Below are positions 17,918-27,665 of a stretch of DNA of 64,000 nucleotides, one piece after another; within the stretch, counting starts at the first letter, position 1; every line of letters starts with the position of its first letter. Under the pieces are notes generated by a model that did not search any database, was not told the origin of the DNA, and worked only from the letters and a program-made list of their open reading frames with translations. The DNA lies in IMG/VR virus record IMGVR_UViG_3300020202_000001, positions 1 to 64,000 of that record; one strand, given 5' to 3'. Position numbers and translations under genes: made by a program.

Positions 17918-19066
17918 ATGGAGGTCGAACCCATCCCCAGCGTTGAGGAGATGGCCGCTTGGATGCGGCTGCCCCTCGCCGCCCTCAAACAGGCAGAGGA
18001 CCTGGCCGCGACGGCCTGGGACCTCCGCCAGTCGTTGCGCGGCGTCTACACGTCCGTCCCGGTCGGCGTGTACGTCCGCAGCCTGCACGACGGGTCGGTC
18101 AAGCTGGCCGCCGTCTGCGACGACACCGGCCTCGCCACCCCGCAGGACCTCGCCCTCGTCAAGTCCGCCGTCTCCCGCGTGGCCGACAACGCCGGCTGCC
18201 TCGACCTCACCGAGTTCAACGCCGAGGCCGCCCTGAGCCAGTGGACGAAGGTCGCGTACAGCCCCTTCCTCCGCCGCACCGGCGAGCTGCTGAACTTCTT
18301 CCCCGGCAAGTACCCCGGCGGCATCCCCAACTCGCCCGGCCCCGTCCAGTCGATGCTGACGAGCGGGCTGGTCGGCGCTGGCCTCGGGTACGGTGCCGGG
18401 TGGGCCGCCGAGAAGCTGATGCCGCAGACGTGGAAGAAGGGGCGGCTTCGCAAGACGCTGGCCGTCGCCGGCGGGCTGGCCGGGGCCGTGCCCGGGGCGA
18501 TCTGGGCCGGCTCGAACCTGCAGCAGGGGAAGGGCTTCAACGACAACTCGCTCCTCACGCAGCCCACGCAGATGAGCCCACAGGACATGCCGTGGAAGGC
18601 GGCGTTCGACTCGATCAAGCTGGGCACCCGGTACACCGAGGCGTGCGCCGCGTACGCCGAGAAGCTCGCCGCCGACAACGAGGGGATGCTCAAGGAGGCG
18701 TTCGGCGACTCCTTCGCGACCAGCTACGGCTCCGCCCCGCCGCCGAGCCCCATGAGCGTCAACGTCGACGCGATGGGCCGCACGCTGTGGGAGACCGGGG
18801 CCAGCCCGCAGACGGCGGGGATGACGATGGGTGCCCTCGCGGCCGCCCAGCAGATGCCCGGCGGCGACCAGCCCGGCTTCGTCACCCCGGCTCAGATGGC
18901 GAACCTGGCCGTCCACATGGGGGCCGGGTATCTTTCCGGGGCCGTCGTGGGTCACACGCTCGGCCTCCTCACCGGCATGCCGGATTCCACCGTGGATCGT
19001 CTGAAGCAGACGGGCATGTACCTCGGGATCGTGAAGTCCGTTGTCCCGAGGCTGTTCGGTCAGTGA
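17918..19066 (+). CDS. putative internal virion protein with Gly-rich hydrophobic helices
   Basis: GxxxG-rich segments, several KxA motifs; extended -10 TGGTATCAT at 17880. Confidence 0.55.
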   Translation: MEVEPIPSVEEMAAWMRLPLAALKQAEDLAATAWDLRQSLRGVYTSVPVGVYVRSLHDGSVKLAAVCDDTGLATPQDLALVKSAVSRVADNAGCLDLTEFNAEAALSQWTKVAYSPFLRRTGELLNFFPGKYPGGIPNSPGPVQSMLTSGLVGAGLGYGAGWAAEKLMPQTWKKGRLRKTLAVAGGLAGAVPGAIWAGSNLQQGKGFNDNSLLTQPTQMSPQDMPWKAAFDSIKLGTRYTEACAAYAEKLAADNEGMLKEAFGDSFATSYGSAPPPSPMSVNVDAMGRTLWETGASPQTAGMTMGALAAAQQMPGGDQPGFVTPAQMANLAVHMGAGYLSGAVVGHTLGLLTGMPDSTVDRLKQTGMYLGIVKSVVPRLFGQ

Positions 19067-19101
19067 GACGGACACGCGCGCGAAGCAAGGAGGCTTCGAT
19101 C

Positions 19102-19446
19102 ATGGGACAGAAACAGCACGGCGTCGAAGGCCAGACCTCGGTCCCCCCGGGACTGCAGGCCCTTTACCGCTCGCTCAAGGAGATCAAGGACAGCGCCCAG
19201 TGCGGCGTCGACAAGCCCGAGGCCGTTACGCGGATGGTCGTGCTCGACGCGCTCATGCTGTTCGCGAAGCTGACGGGCAGGCCGCCCCGCCTGATCCACA
19301 TCCCGCCCTCGCTGGAGGCCGTGCTGCAGATCGACCGGGGCCAGAACCTGGGCATGCCGTCCAAGACGCACGGCAAGCTCCGGGAGCACGAGCTGGTGTT
19401 CACCTGCCGCCCCGTGTGGGACGCGGCCGAGTTTCGTGTAGAATGA
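19102..19446 (+). CDS. hypothetical protein
   Basis: ATG after the CGAAGC-AAGGAG-GCTTCG hairpin. Confidence 0.6.
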   Translation: MGQKQHGVEGQTSVPPGLQALYRSLKEIKDSAQCGVDKPEAVTRMVVLDALMLFAKLTGRPPRLIHIPPSLEAVLQIDRGQNLGMPSKTHGKLREHELVFTCRPVWDAAEFRVE

Positions 19447-19467
19447 ACCCGAACGGGGGGACGGGCG

Positions 19468-19489
19468 TTCTAAAAACCGGTTTTGAGAA
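19468..19489. repeat. dispersed palindromic motif copy 4
   Basis: TTCTAAAAACCGGTTTTGAGAA. Confidence 0.9.
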
Positions 19490-19513
19490 GTTTCCCACGG
19501 AAGGGTTTGACAG

Positions 19514-19918
19514 ATGGCTATCCCGATCATTCGCGGCCGCAACGGCGTCATCTTCGAGTCCGTCGACCCCAAGACGGGCCGGACGAACGAACGGTACCGC
19601 TGGTGGGCCGAACGCGGGCTGATGCACTGGGAGAACCAGAGCAACGGCAACTACGGGTCGGTCTCGATCCGCCTCGTGCTCCAGCGGCTCCAGGCGATCC
19701 AGGACATGATCCGCAACAGCCGCACGGAGCGCGGCTACATGAAGCCGGACGACGTGAACCGCTACCAGCGGTACGTCGACGACATGATCGTCGAGATCCA
19801 GAAGGCGAAGGAGCAGGGCGACCCGCACAACGCCAAGCACTCGAAGCAACACGCCGAGGACTGGAAGGCCAAGCGGCACAGCCGCCTGGTCGTCGTCCCC
19901 GGCCTGCGGACGTTCTGA
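19514..19918 (+). CDS. hypothetical protein
   Basis: High-GC3 ORF. Confidence 0.6.
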   Translation: MAIPIIRGRNGVIFESVDPKTGRTNERYRWWAERGLMHWENQSNGNYGSVSIRLVLQRLQAIQDMIRNSRTERGYMKPDDVNRYQRYVDDMIVEIQKAKEQGDPHNAKHSKQHAEDWKAKRHSRLVVVPGLRTF

Positions 19919-19956
19919 ACGACCGGTAACTGACTGACGGACCGACAAGGAGGCGC

Positions 19957-20319
19957 ATGGACGCGCGTACCGCATTTAAGCAGGGCTTCATCGCCCACTG
20001 CATCGAGCTGGGACACACCGACCCGGCCGCGATCCGCGACATCGTCAAGCAGGCGTTCGTCACGGAGGCGGTCAACAAGGTCACGAACTTCGCCACCGGG
20101 GCCGGCAAGCTCGGCCTCGGGCTCGCCCTCGCCGCCCCGCCGATCGTCGGCGGCGTCGCCGGCCACCTCGCGGCCAAGGCGACCGACGTCTCGGACTACG
20201 ACGTCGAGGAGGCCAAGAAGCAAGAGGTCATCGACGAGTACCGCCGCCAGGCCGAGCGCATGCGGCGGTCCGGGCTGCTGCGTCGGTACACGGCGGGCGG
20301 GCCGGGCAACCTGCTCTAA
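19957..20319 (+). CDS. putative virion protein with hydrophobic Gly/Ala helix
   Basis: AAGGAGG SD; KQA motif. Confidence 0.6.
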   Translation: MDARTAFKQGFIAHCIELGHTDPAAIRDIVKQAFVTEAVNKVTNFATGAGKLGLGLALAAPPIVGGVAGHLAAKATDVSDYDVEEAKKQEVIDEYRRQAERMRRSGLLRRYTAGGPGNLL

Positions 20320-20328
20320 AGGACGGCC

Positions 20329-20730
20329 ATGGCCAGCTCCAGCATCTTCAAGTTCGCGAACCAGACGAACGGCGGCAAGGGCCGCATCCTGCACTGGGGC
20401 CGCGCCGACATCGACGGTGCCCCGTTCCGCGGGTCCGCCCCGCCGATGCTGCAGGGCGAGGAGATGGAGGACCGGCTCGTGCGGGTCGCCGACCCGCACG
20501 TCCGCATCTTCGACCTGAGCAACGAGCACGACACGAAGGCCTACCTCGAAGTGCGGGACATGATCGTGAACGGGTGGGCGCACACGGTCTACTGCAAGCG
20601 GGTGGTGACACGGAACCGGAAGACGGACCTGATCCGCGTTCGCATCGTCCTTGAGTGGGTCCAGTTCTACATGCAAGACGGCCAGCCGATGATGTCGCAG
20701 CGGCCGTACATCGGGAGGTCCAATGACTAG
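20329..20730 (+). CDS. hypothetical protein
   Basis: High-GC3 ORF. Confidence 0.6.
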   Translation: MASSSIFKFANQTNGGKGRILHWGRADIDGAPFRGSAPPMLQGEEMEDRLVRVADPHVRIFDLSNEHDTKAYLEVRDMIVNGWAHTVYCKRVVTRNRKTDLIRVRIVLEWVQFYMQDGQPMMSQRPYIGRSND

Positions 20731-21613
20731 CGCGAACCCCTTCGTCACCCTCGGCCGCTTCGCCGCGAGCGAGAAGCAGGCCCTCGACCCGGCCGCGTAC
20801 GAGCAGCAGCTCGCCAGCGCCGGCATGAAGGACATCATGCACACCGGGCTGGCCGCCCTCGGCGTCGGCGCGGCCGCCCGCGGCGCGATGGGCCTGGCGA
20901 ACCTCGTCAAGCGGCACACGAACCCGCCCCGGCCGAAGTACCCGCAGGCGATCGTGACCCGCGTGCCCGTCCCCGTCGAGGAGGACGAGGAGAAGACCGC
21001 CGCGATCACGGCCAAGGACGCCCACCCGTGGTACTACCCGGGCATGCTGCTGGCCGGCGGGGCGGGCCTGGTCGGCGGGTGGAAGGGCGTGGACTTCCTG
21101 CTGGAGAAGCAGCGGACCGCCCAGAAGGAGCACGAGCTGCGGCGGGCCAAGGGCGACTTCGAGGAGGCCCTGCTGTCGAGCTACGGCCAGCCCCGCAAGA
21201 TCGGGCCGGGCGGGGTCGCGACCAAGACGGCCGCCGCCGAGCTGGGCGAGCTGCTCGACGGCGTGTTCGACGGCATGCAGCAGAAGCAGGCGTTCAACTG
21301 GGACAACCTCAAGGGCCGGATCGGCGGCATGTACGGCATGTACGCCCTGGCGACCGGCATCCCCGCCGCGATGTGGCAGTACAACCGCACGAGCAGCACG
21401 GGCCGCGGGGCCACGCTCGACAAGGCGATGAAGCTCCGCAGCCGCAAGGCGTACATGAACCGCCCGAGCGAGATCTACGCGGTCCCGGAGCCGGTGCTGC
21501 GACGCAAGCCGGCCCCGGCCGCCGACGCCGCCGCGCTGGCCGAGGTCGAGGGCGAGCCGACGCTTGAGGGCGACGCGCCGCTCAAGCCCCGCCGCCGCGT
21601 CGACTTCCTGTAA
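20723..21613 (+). CDS. putative internal virion protein (KxA motifs, hydrophobic helices)
   Basis: EKQAL, EKTAA, TKTAA, QKQAF; three hydrophobic segments. Confidence 0.6.
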   Translation: MTSANPFVTLGRFAASEKQALDPAAYEQQLASAGMKDIMHTGLAALGVGAAARGAMGLANLVKRHTNPPRPKYPQAIVTRVPVPVEEDEEKTAAITAKDAHPWYYPGMLLAGGAGLVGGWKGVDFLLEKQRTAQKEHELRRAKGDFEEALLSSYGQPRKIGPGGVATKTAAAELGELLDGVFDGMQQKQAFNWDNLKGRIGGMYGMYALATGIPAAMWQYNRTSSTGRGATLDKAMKLRSRKAYMNRPSEIYAVPEPVLRRKPAPAADAAALAEVEGEPTLEGDAPLKPRRRVDFL

Positions 21614-21646
21614 CCGCCGCTGCCGCACGCTCAGGGAAAGGACGCC

Positions 21647-24600
21647 ATGGGCCGCCTCGGATCTGGCATCAACATCATGGGGGATTCGGACCTCGGCATC
21701 ATGGACGCGATGCCGGGGTTCGTCTCCGCGCCCATGCAGCTGCAGGCCCCGAAGCCCGTCGAGGAGGTCGAGGCCGAGCCCGAGGGGCTGCGGGCGTTCG
21801 GCGACGTGGACGCGACCCGCAAGGCGATCTACGACTCCGTGTTCGAGGCCGCCTCGAAGATGGAGCCGACGAAGAACCAGAAGCACACGCTCCGGCTGAC
21901 CGGCGTGCAGTGGCAGGACCCGGACAAGTTCACGATCCGCCAGCGGAAGGAGGCCCTGCTGCGGGGCGAGACGCTCGGCCGCCGGCTCAAGGGCACCTGG
22001 GAGCTGCTCGACAACGCGACGAACCAGGTGATCGACCGCCGCGAGCAGACCGTGCTCCGCGTCCCGCACCTGACCGGGGGCGGCACGTTCGTCCACAACG
22101 GAAGCGACTACGCGCTGGGCAACCAGCAGCGGCTCCGCTCGGGCATCTTCGCCCGCGTGAAGGACAACGGCGAGTACGAGTCGCACGTCAACGTGCTGGA
22201 GGGCGGCCCCTCGCACAAGATCCAGCTGAACCCGGAGAAGGGCGTCTTCTACGTCAACATCGGGCAGGCGAACATCCCGCTGCTGCCGCTGCTGCAGACG
22301 CTCGGGGCGAGCGAGAAGGACCTCCGCGCGGCGTGGGGCGACGACCTGTACGCCCGGAACTACCAGAAGGCGGACGGGACGGCGATGGCGAAGATCGTCG
22401 CCAAGTTCCTGAAGAAGCCGCCGGTCGACGGCACGAGCACGGCCGACGCCCTCCGCCAGACGTTCGAGAACATGCGGCTCGACCCCGAGGTCACCAAGCG
22501 GACGCTCGGCCAGCCGTACGACCGCCTGGGCAAGGACGCGCTGGTCGCCGCGACCGCCAAGCTCCTGCGGGTCCACCGCAAGGAGGAGGAGCCGGACGAC
22601 CGCGACCACCTCGCGTACCAGACGTTCCTCGGCCCCGAGGACCTGTTCGCCGAGCGGCTCCGCAAGGACCGCGCCGGCGTCCGCCGCAACATGCTCTTCA
22701 AGATCAGCGGCAAGGGCAGCCTGCGGGCGATGGGCTCCAGCCCGCTGCAGGACCAGATCGACTCGGCGATCATGTCGTCGGGGCTCGGCCAGGCCCTCGA
22801 AGAGATCAACCCGGCGGAGATCCTCGACAAGAACACGAAGATCAGCCGGATGGGCGAGGGCGGCATCCCGAGCTACGACGCGGTCCCCGACGAGGCCCGC
22901 GCCGTGCAGCCGTCGCACTTCGGGTTCATGGACCCGCTCCGCACCCCGGAGAGCTTCAAGGCCGGCGTGGACGTGTTCCTGAGCGGCAACGTCCGCAAGG
23001 GCCGCGACGGGAAGCTGTACGGCCGGTTCGTCGACGCCCGCACCGGCAAGCCGGCGTGGAAGACGCCGCAGGAGGTCGCGGACGCCGTCGTCACGTTCCC
23101 GGGGGCCGACAAGCTCCCGTACAAGCGCATCCCCGCGATGAAGAACGGGCGGATGGGCTGGGCGACCCGCGAGGAGGTCGGCCTGGTGCTGCCGACGATG
23201 GAGCACGCGTTCAGCCCGATCGACAACCTGATCCCGCTCAAGAGCCAGCTCAAGGGCCAGCGGGCCAGCATGGCGAGCCGGATGACCACCCAGGCCCTGC
23301 CGCTGGTCGGCGCTGAGGCCCCGCTGGTGCAGAGCGGCCTGCCCGGCTCCAAGGGCGAGCGGAGCTACGAGGAGGAGTACGCGAAGCACATGGGGGCCGT
23401 CGTCGCCGACCGCGGCGGCAAGGTCCTGGCCGTGACGCCGGACGCGATGACGGTGAAGTACGACGACGGCAAGGTCGACACGATCGAGCTGTACAACAAC
23501 TTCCCCTACAACCGCAAGACGGGCATCACGCAGACGCCGACCGTCAAGCCCGGCCAGCGGTTCGAGGCCAAGCAGCCGATCGCCCGGTCGAACTTCACGG
23601 ACGACAAGGGGGCCGCCGCGCTGGGGCTCAACGCCCGCGTCGCGTACATGCCGTGGGGCGGCCAGAACTTCGAGGACGCGATCGTCATCAGCGAGGGCAT
23701 GGCCAAGCGGATGACGTCCGAGCACATGTACCAGAACGGGCTGGAGGTGAACGACCGCACGAAGGTCGGCCGCAAGGAGTTCATCTCGCTCTTCCCGTCG
23801 AAGTACGACAAGGCCACGCTGGCGAAGCTCGACGATAAGGGCCTCATCAAGCCCGGCACCCAGGTCCACTTCGGCGACCCGCTGATCCTCGCCGCCGAGG
23901 AGCGGAGCACGGCCCAGAACAAGATCCACAAGAAGGGCACGCCCGCGTTCAACGACGTGTCCGTCACCTGGGACCACCACGACCCCGGCATCGTCACCGA
24001 CGTCGTCGAGGGCAAGAACGGCCCGGTCGTCCTGGTGAAGAGCCAGCACCCGATGCAGGTCGGCGACAAGATGAGCGGGCGGTACGGCGACAAGGGCGTC
24101 GTCAGCGCGATCATCCCGGACGACCAGATGCCGCACGACAAGGACGGCAAGCCGTTCGAGGTGCTGCTGAACGACCTGGGCGTCATCAGCCGGACGAACC
24201 CGAGCCAGTGGGCCGAGGCCAAGCTCGGGGCGATCGCCGCCAAGCTGGGCAAGGCGATGAAGGTCGAGGACTTCGACCCGGCGGTCGAGGACCGCGCGGC
24301 GTGGGTCGAGGAGCAGATGCGGAAGCACGGCATCCCCGACCAGGAGGACGTGACCGACCCGGTGCGGGGGACGAAGATCCCGGGCATCTCGACCGGCAAC
24401 CGCTTCTTCATGAAGCTCCACCACACGGCCGAGTCCAAGGGGCAGGGCCGCGGGTCGGGCGCGTACGCCTCGGACGACACGCCGGCCAAGGGCGGCGAGA
24501 CGGGCAGCAAGCGGAACTCGCTGCTGAACGTGAACGCCCTGCTCTCGCACGGGGCGACCGACTACCTGCAGGACGTCGGGGCGATCAGCGGCCAGCGGAA

Positions 24601-26152
24601 CGAGGACTACTGGCTCCAGTTCATGCAGGGGTTCTCGCCCCGCAAGCCGAAGGTCCCGCTCGTGTACGAGAAGTTCGTCAACGAGCTGAAGGGGGCCGGG
24701 ATCAACGTCGTCCGCGAGGGCAGCCAGCTCCACGTCATGGCGCTGACGGACAAGGACGTCGACCACCTGGCCGGCGACCGCGAGATCGAGGTCGGCGACA
24801 CGGTCGACTTCTACAACGAGCTGAAGCCCGTGAAGGGCGGCCTGTTCGACAAGACGAAGACCGGCGGCCACCACGGCAACCGGTGGGCGGCGATCAAGCT
24901 CGCGGAGCCGATGCCGAACCCGGTCATGGAGGAGCCGATCCGCCGCGTGCTCGGGCTGACGCAGAAGCGGTTCGAGGACGTGATCGCCGGCCGCGAGCCG
25001 CTGAACCCGCAGACCGGGGCGACCGGCCCGCGGGCGATCGCCGAGGCCCTGAAGACGATGAACGTCGACCGGGAGATCGCGATCGCCCGGGCGAAGATCC
25101 AGAACGGCACGAAGGCCGAGCGGGACATGGCCGTGCGGAAGCTCGGCTACCTCAAGAGCGCGAAGAAGACGGGCGTCCTGCCGGGCGACTGGGTGCTGAA
25201 CCGCGCCCCGGTCCTGCCGCCGCAGTTCCGCCCCGTGAACGTGATGGGCGGGAAGAACGTACCGCTCGTCGCGGACGCGAACTTCCTCTACAAGGAGCTG
25301 TTCGAGGCGAACAAGAACCTCCGCGACATGAGCGAGCAGGTGGGCGACGACGTCGGCGACGAGCGGCTGGCGGTGTACCACGCGTTCAAGGCGGTCACGG
25401 GCCTCGGCGAGCCGATCACGCAGAAGAGCCAGGAGAAACAGGTCAAGGGAATCCTAAAATCGGTTTTTGGATCTTCGCCGAAGTTCGGCACCGTGCAGCG
25501 GAAGCTGATCGGCTCCACGGTCGACAACGTCGGCCGGGGCGTCGTCGTCCCGAACCCGGACCTCGACATGGACAGCGTCGGGCTCCCGGAGGACCGGGCG
25601 TTCGACGTCTACAGCCGGTTCGTCGTCCGCCGCCTCCGCCGCTCGGGCATGCCGATGGCCCAGGCCCTGCGGCACGTCAAGGACAAGAGCCCGCTGGCCC
25701 GGAAAGTGCTGGTCGAGGAGATGGACCACCGGCCGGTGGTCGTCAACCGCGCCCCGGTGCTCCACCGGTTCGGCATCATGGCGTTCCGCCCCAAGCTCGT
25801 GAAGGGCTCGGTGCTGCACGTCCCGCCGCTGATCGTGAAGGGCTTCGGCATGGACTTCGACGGCGACGCGGTGCAGTACCACGTCCCGACGAGCGAGGAC
25901 GCCCGGGCCGAGGCCCTCGACCGGATGCTGCCCAGCCGGCAGCTGCTGAGCCCCGGCGACTTCAAAAGCCCCGTGCACGTCCCGGGGCAGGAGTACGTCG
26001 GCGGGCTGTACAAGGCGACGAGCGGCCGCAGCAAGCGGCCGGTCCGCTACTTCCGCAGCGCCAAGGACGTCCGCCACGCCTGGGAGCACGGTGAGGTCGC
26101 GATCGACGACGTCATCAAGGTCCTGGGCGACGCGGTCGCGGCGAAGCGGTAG
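21647..26152 (+). CDS. phage multisubunit-type RNA polymerase: beta fused to the N-terminal catalytic half of beta'
   Basis: beta motifs SHFGFMDPLRTPES, MPWGGQNFEDAI, GDKMSGRYGDKGVV, MKLHH; beta' motifs GGLFD, PVLPPQFRP, NRAPVLHR, catalytic GMDFDGD. Confidence 0.92.
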   Translation: MGRLGSGINIMGDSDLGIMDAMPGFVSAPMQLQAPKPVEEVEAEPEGLRAFGDVDATRKAIYDSVFEAASKMEPTKNQKHTLRLTGVQWQDPDKFTIRQRKEALLRGETLGRRLKGTWELLDNATNQVIDRREQTVLRVPHLTGGGTFVHNGSDYALGNQQRLRSGIFARVKDNGEYESHVNVLEGGPSHKIQLNPEKGVFYVNIGQANIPLLPLLQTLGASEKDLRAAWGDDLYARNYQKADGTAMAKIVAKFLKKPPVDGTSTADALRQTFENMRLDPEVTKRTLGQPYDRLGKDALVAATAKLLRVHRKEEEPDDRDHLAYQTFLGPEDLFAERLRKDRAGVRRNMLFKISGKGSLRAMGSSPLQDQIDSAIMSSGLGQALEEINPAEILDKNTKISRMGEGGIPSYDAVPDEARAVQPSHFGFMDPLRTPESFKAGVDVFLSGNVRKGRDGKLYGRFVDARTGKPAWKTPQEVADAVVTFPGADKLPYKRIPAMKNGRMGWATREEVGLVLPTMEHAFSPIDNLIPLKSQLKGQRASMASRMTTQALPLVGAEAPLVQSGLPGSKGERSYEEEYAKHMGAVVADRGGKVLAVTPDAMTVKYDDGKVDTIELYNNFPYNRKTGITQTPTVKPGQRFEAKQPIARSNFTDDKGAAALGLNARVAYMPWGGQNFEDAIVISEGMAKRMTSEHMYQNGLEVNDRTKVGRKEFISLFPSKYDKATLAKLDDKGLIKPGTQVHFGDPLILAAEERSTAQNKIHKKGTPAFNDVSVTWDHHDPGIVTDVVEGKNGPVVLVKSQHPMQVGDKMSGRYGDKGVVSAIIPDDQMPHDKDGKPFEVLLNDLGVISRTNPSQWAEAKLGAIAAKLGKAMKVEDFDPAVEDRAAWVEEQMRKHGIPDQEDVTDPVRGTKIPGISTGNRFFMKLHHTAESKGQGRGSGAYASDDTPAKGGETGSKRNSLLNVNALLSHGATDYLQDVGAISGQRNEDYWLQFMQGFSPRKPKVPLVYEKFVNELKGAGINVVREGSQLHVMALTDKDVDHLAGDREIEVGDTVDFYNELKPVKGGLFDKTKTGGHHGNRWAAIKLAEPMPNPVMEEPIRRVLGLTQKRFEDVIAGREPLNPQTGATGPRAIAEALKTMNVDREIAIARAKIQNGTKAERDMAVRKLGYLKSAKKTGVLPGDWVLNRAPVLPPQFRPVNVMGGKNVPLVADANFLYKELFEANKNLRDMSEQVGDDVGDERLAVYHAFKAVTGLGEPITQKSQEKQVKGILKSVFGSSPKFGTVQRKLIGSTVDNVGRGVVVPNPDLDMDSVGLPEDRAFDVYSRFVVRRLRRSGMPMAQALRHVKDKSPLARKVLVEEMDHRPVVVNRAPVLHRFGIMAFRPKLVKGSVLHVPPLIVKGFGMDFDGDAVQYHVPTSEDARAEALDRMLPSRQLLSPGDFKSPVHVPGQEYVGGLYKATSGRSKRPVRYFRSAKDVRHAWEHGEVAIDDVIKVLGDAVAAKR
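25451..25472. repeat. dispersed palindromic motif copy 5 (inside RNAP gene)
   Basis: ATCCTAAAATCGGTTTTTGGAT, within a run of rare codons gga atc cta aaa tcg gtt ttt gga tct. Confidence 0.8.
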
Positions 26153-26172
26153 CGTCAAGGAGGACGCGCACC

Positions 26173-26487
26173 ATGGAACTGATCGCTCGACCACTGAAGT
26201 TCGGCGGGCCGAAGCTGCGGCGGGTCGCCCAGGCCGCCCGGGACCGCAGCGGGCGGCTGGCGGTGAACACCCCGATGCTCCACCTGATCGAGGCGTGCTA
26301 CGCCGGCGGCCCCGACGACGTGCGGCTGGGCGTGGAGCACTACCACGACCCGCTGCTCGACGGGCTGTACGCCGACCCCGTGGCCGTCGCGGTGACCGCC
26401 GACCGCTCGCTCGTCGGGCCGGGTCACCCGGACGACCAGTACCGAGGCATCCCGCCGGAGCGGGCCGCCTGTATCCTGTTCTCCTGA
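26173..26487 (+). CDS. hypothetical protein
   Basis: SD in the GCGTC-AAGGAG-GACGC hairpin. Confidence 0.55.
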   Translation: MELIARPLKFGGPKLRRVAQAARDRSGRLAVNTPMLHLIEACYAGGPDDVRLGVEHYHDPLLDGLYADPVAVAVTADRSLVGPGHPDDQYRGIPPERAACILFS

Positions 26488-26581
26488 CCGCCGCAGCGCA
26501 CGGGGCTGGCGGCGGACCCGGTAGTTGTTACACTAACGGGTGAGCACGCAAGGAAGCACTCAACACGCAAGGACGCGACCT

Positions 26582-27349
26582 ATGTCGAAGCACCTCGTCA
26601 ACCCCCAGCTCCTCGGAATGGCGTACCAGAGCGTCGCCGGGTCGCTGGCCAAGCACGCCGCCGCACCGCAGCCCGTCGCGCGGTCGTTCAACCTGATGGA
26701 CCCGAACGGGTACGACAAGGCAGCCTTCGTGCCGGCCGGCGACCCGAGCATGGACCCCGCGGCGGCGGCCGGCGGCGGCGCTCCCCCGCCCCCGGGTGGC
26801 GACCCTGCGGCCGGCGGCGGCGGTGCTCCCCCGGCCCCACCGGCGGCCCCGCCGGTCGACCCGAACATGATCGCCCAGCAGGTGCTGTCGATGATCCAGT
26901 CGCAGGGCGGCGGGATGGGCGGCGGCGGGGGCATGGGCGGCGTCGAGCCGATCAAGCCGAAGATCGACGTCAACGTCGAGATGCTCCAGATCAAGAAGAT
27001 GCTCGCCAAGATCTGCGACACGCTCGGCATCGTCATCCCCGCGAGCGACATGGCCGTCACCAGCCAGGACCTGACCCAGATGGCCCAGCAGCAGGGCCAG
27101 GCGGGCGGGGCCGGCGGCGGTGCCCCGCAGCAGAGCGCGATCGCCCCGATCTCCCCGATGCAGCCGGCCGCGCCGGGCATGGGCGGGGGCGGCGACGCCG
27201 GCGGCGGCATGGGCGGCGGGCCGAAGATGGCCAGCGCCAAGCAGGCCGCGGTCAACAACGGCCGCGGGTTCAGCACCGAGGGCCTCGGCAACCTGACCAA
27301 CAAGGCGGCCGCGATCGCTCAGCTCCGCAGCCGCCGCCGGGCGGGGTAA
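26582..27349 (+). CDS. Gly/Pro/Met-rich putative internal head protein
   Basis: Low complexity, KxA motifs; extended -10 TGTTACACT at 26526. Confidence 0.6.
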   Translation: MSKHLVNPQLLGMAYQSVAGSLAKHAAAPQPVARSFNLMDPNGYDKAAFVPAGDPSMDPAAAAGGGAPPPPGGDPAAGGGGAPPAPPAAPPVDPNMIAQQVLSMIQSQGGGMGGGGGMGGVEPIKPKIDVNVEMLQIKKMLAKICDTLGIVIPASDMAVTSQDLTQMAQQQGQAGGAGGGAPQQSAIAPISPMQPAAPGMGGGGDAGGGMGGGPKMASAKQAAVNNGRGFSTEGLGNLTNKAAAIAQLRSRRRAG

Positions 27350-27358
27350 GCAGCGACC

Positions 27359-27637
27359 ATGTTCGTCGAGATCCTGTCCAAGTTCGGGGGCGAGCCGATC
27401 CGCATCGAGGCGGCCCAGCTCGTCGTGCGTAACGACTCCGGCACGCCCGTGATGGTGGCGGGGGAGTACGGCCCGAACAGCACGATCCGCGTCTCGCACG
27501 GCGCGGACGAAGACTTCAACCAGTCGCTCAGGGCCTTCGGCTACGGTCAGGAGACCGTGGTCATGGAGACCGTGAGCACCAGCAACACGCCGATCCCGGC
27601 CGGTGCCCGCCGCGTTGGCGGCCCGTTTGGTCGGTGA
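27359..27637 (+). CDS. hypothetical protein
   Basis: High-GC3 ORF. Confidence 0.55.
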   Translation: MFVEILSKFGGEPIRIEAAQLVVRNDSGTPVMVAGEYGPNSTIRVSHGADEDFNQSLRAFGYGQETVVMETVSTSNTPIPAGARRVGGPFGR

Positions 27638-27665
27638 CACCCCGTTCTCCGAAGGAGACACCCCG

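Noticed and set aside
20348-25381. 1677-aa minus-strand ORF and other very long antisense or alternate-frame ORFs (e.g. 56889-60734, 60535-63936, 33645-36284)
   Set aside because: Shadow frames of strongly GC3-biased plus-strand genes; unnatural composition and no motifs.
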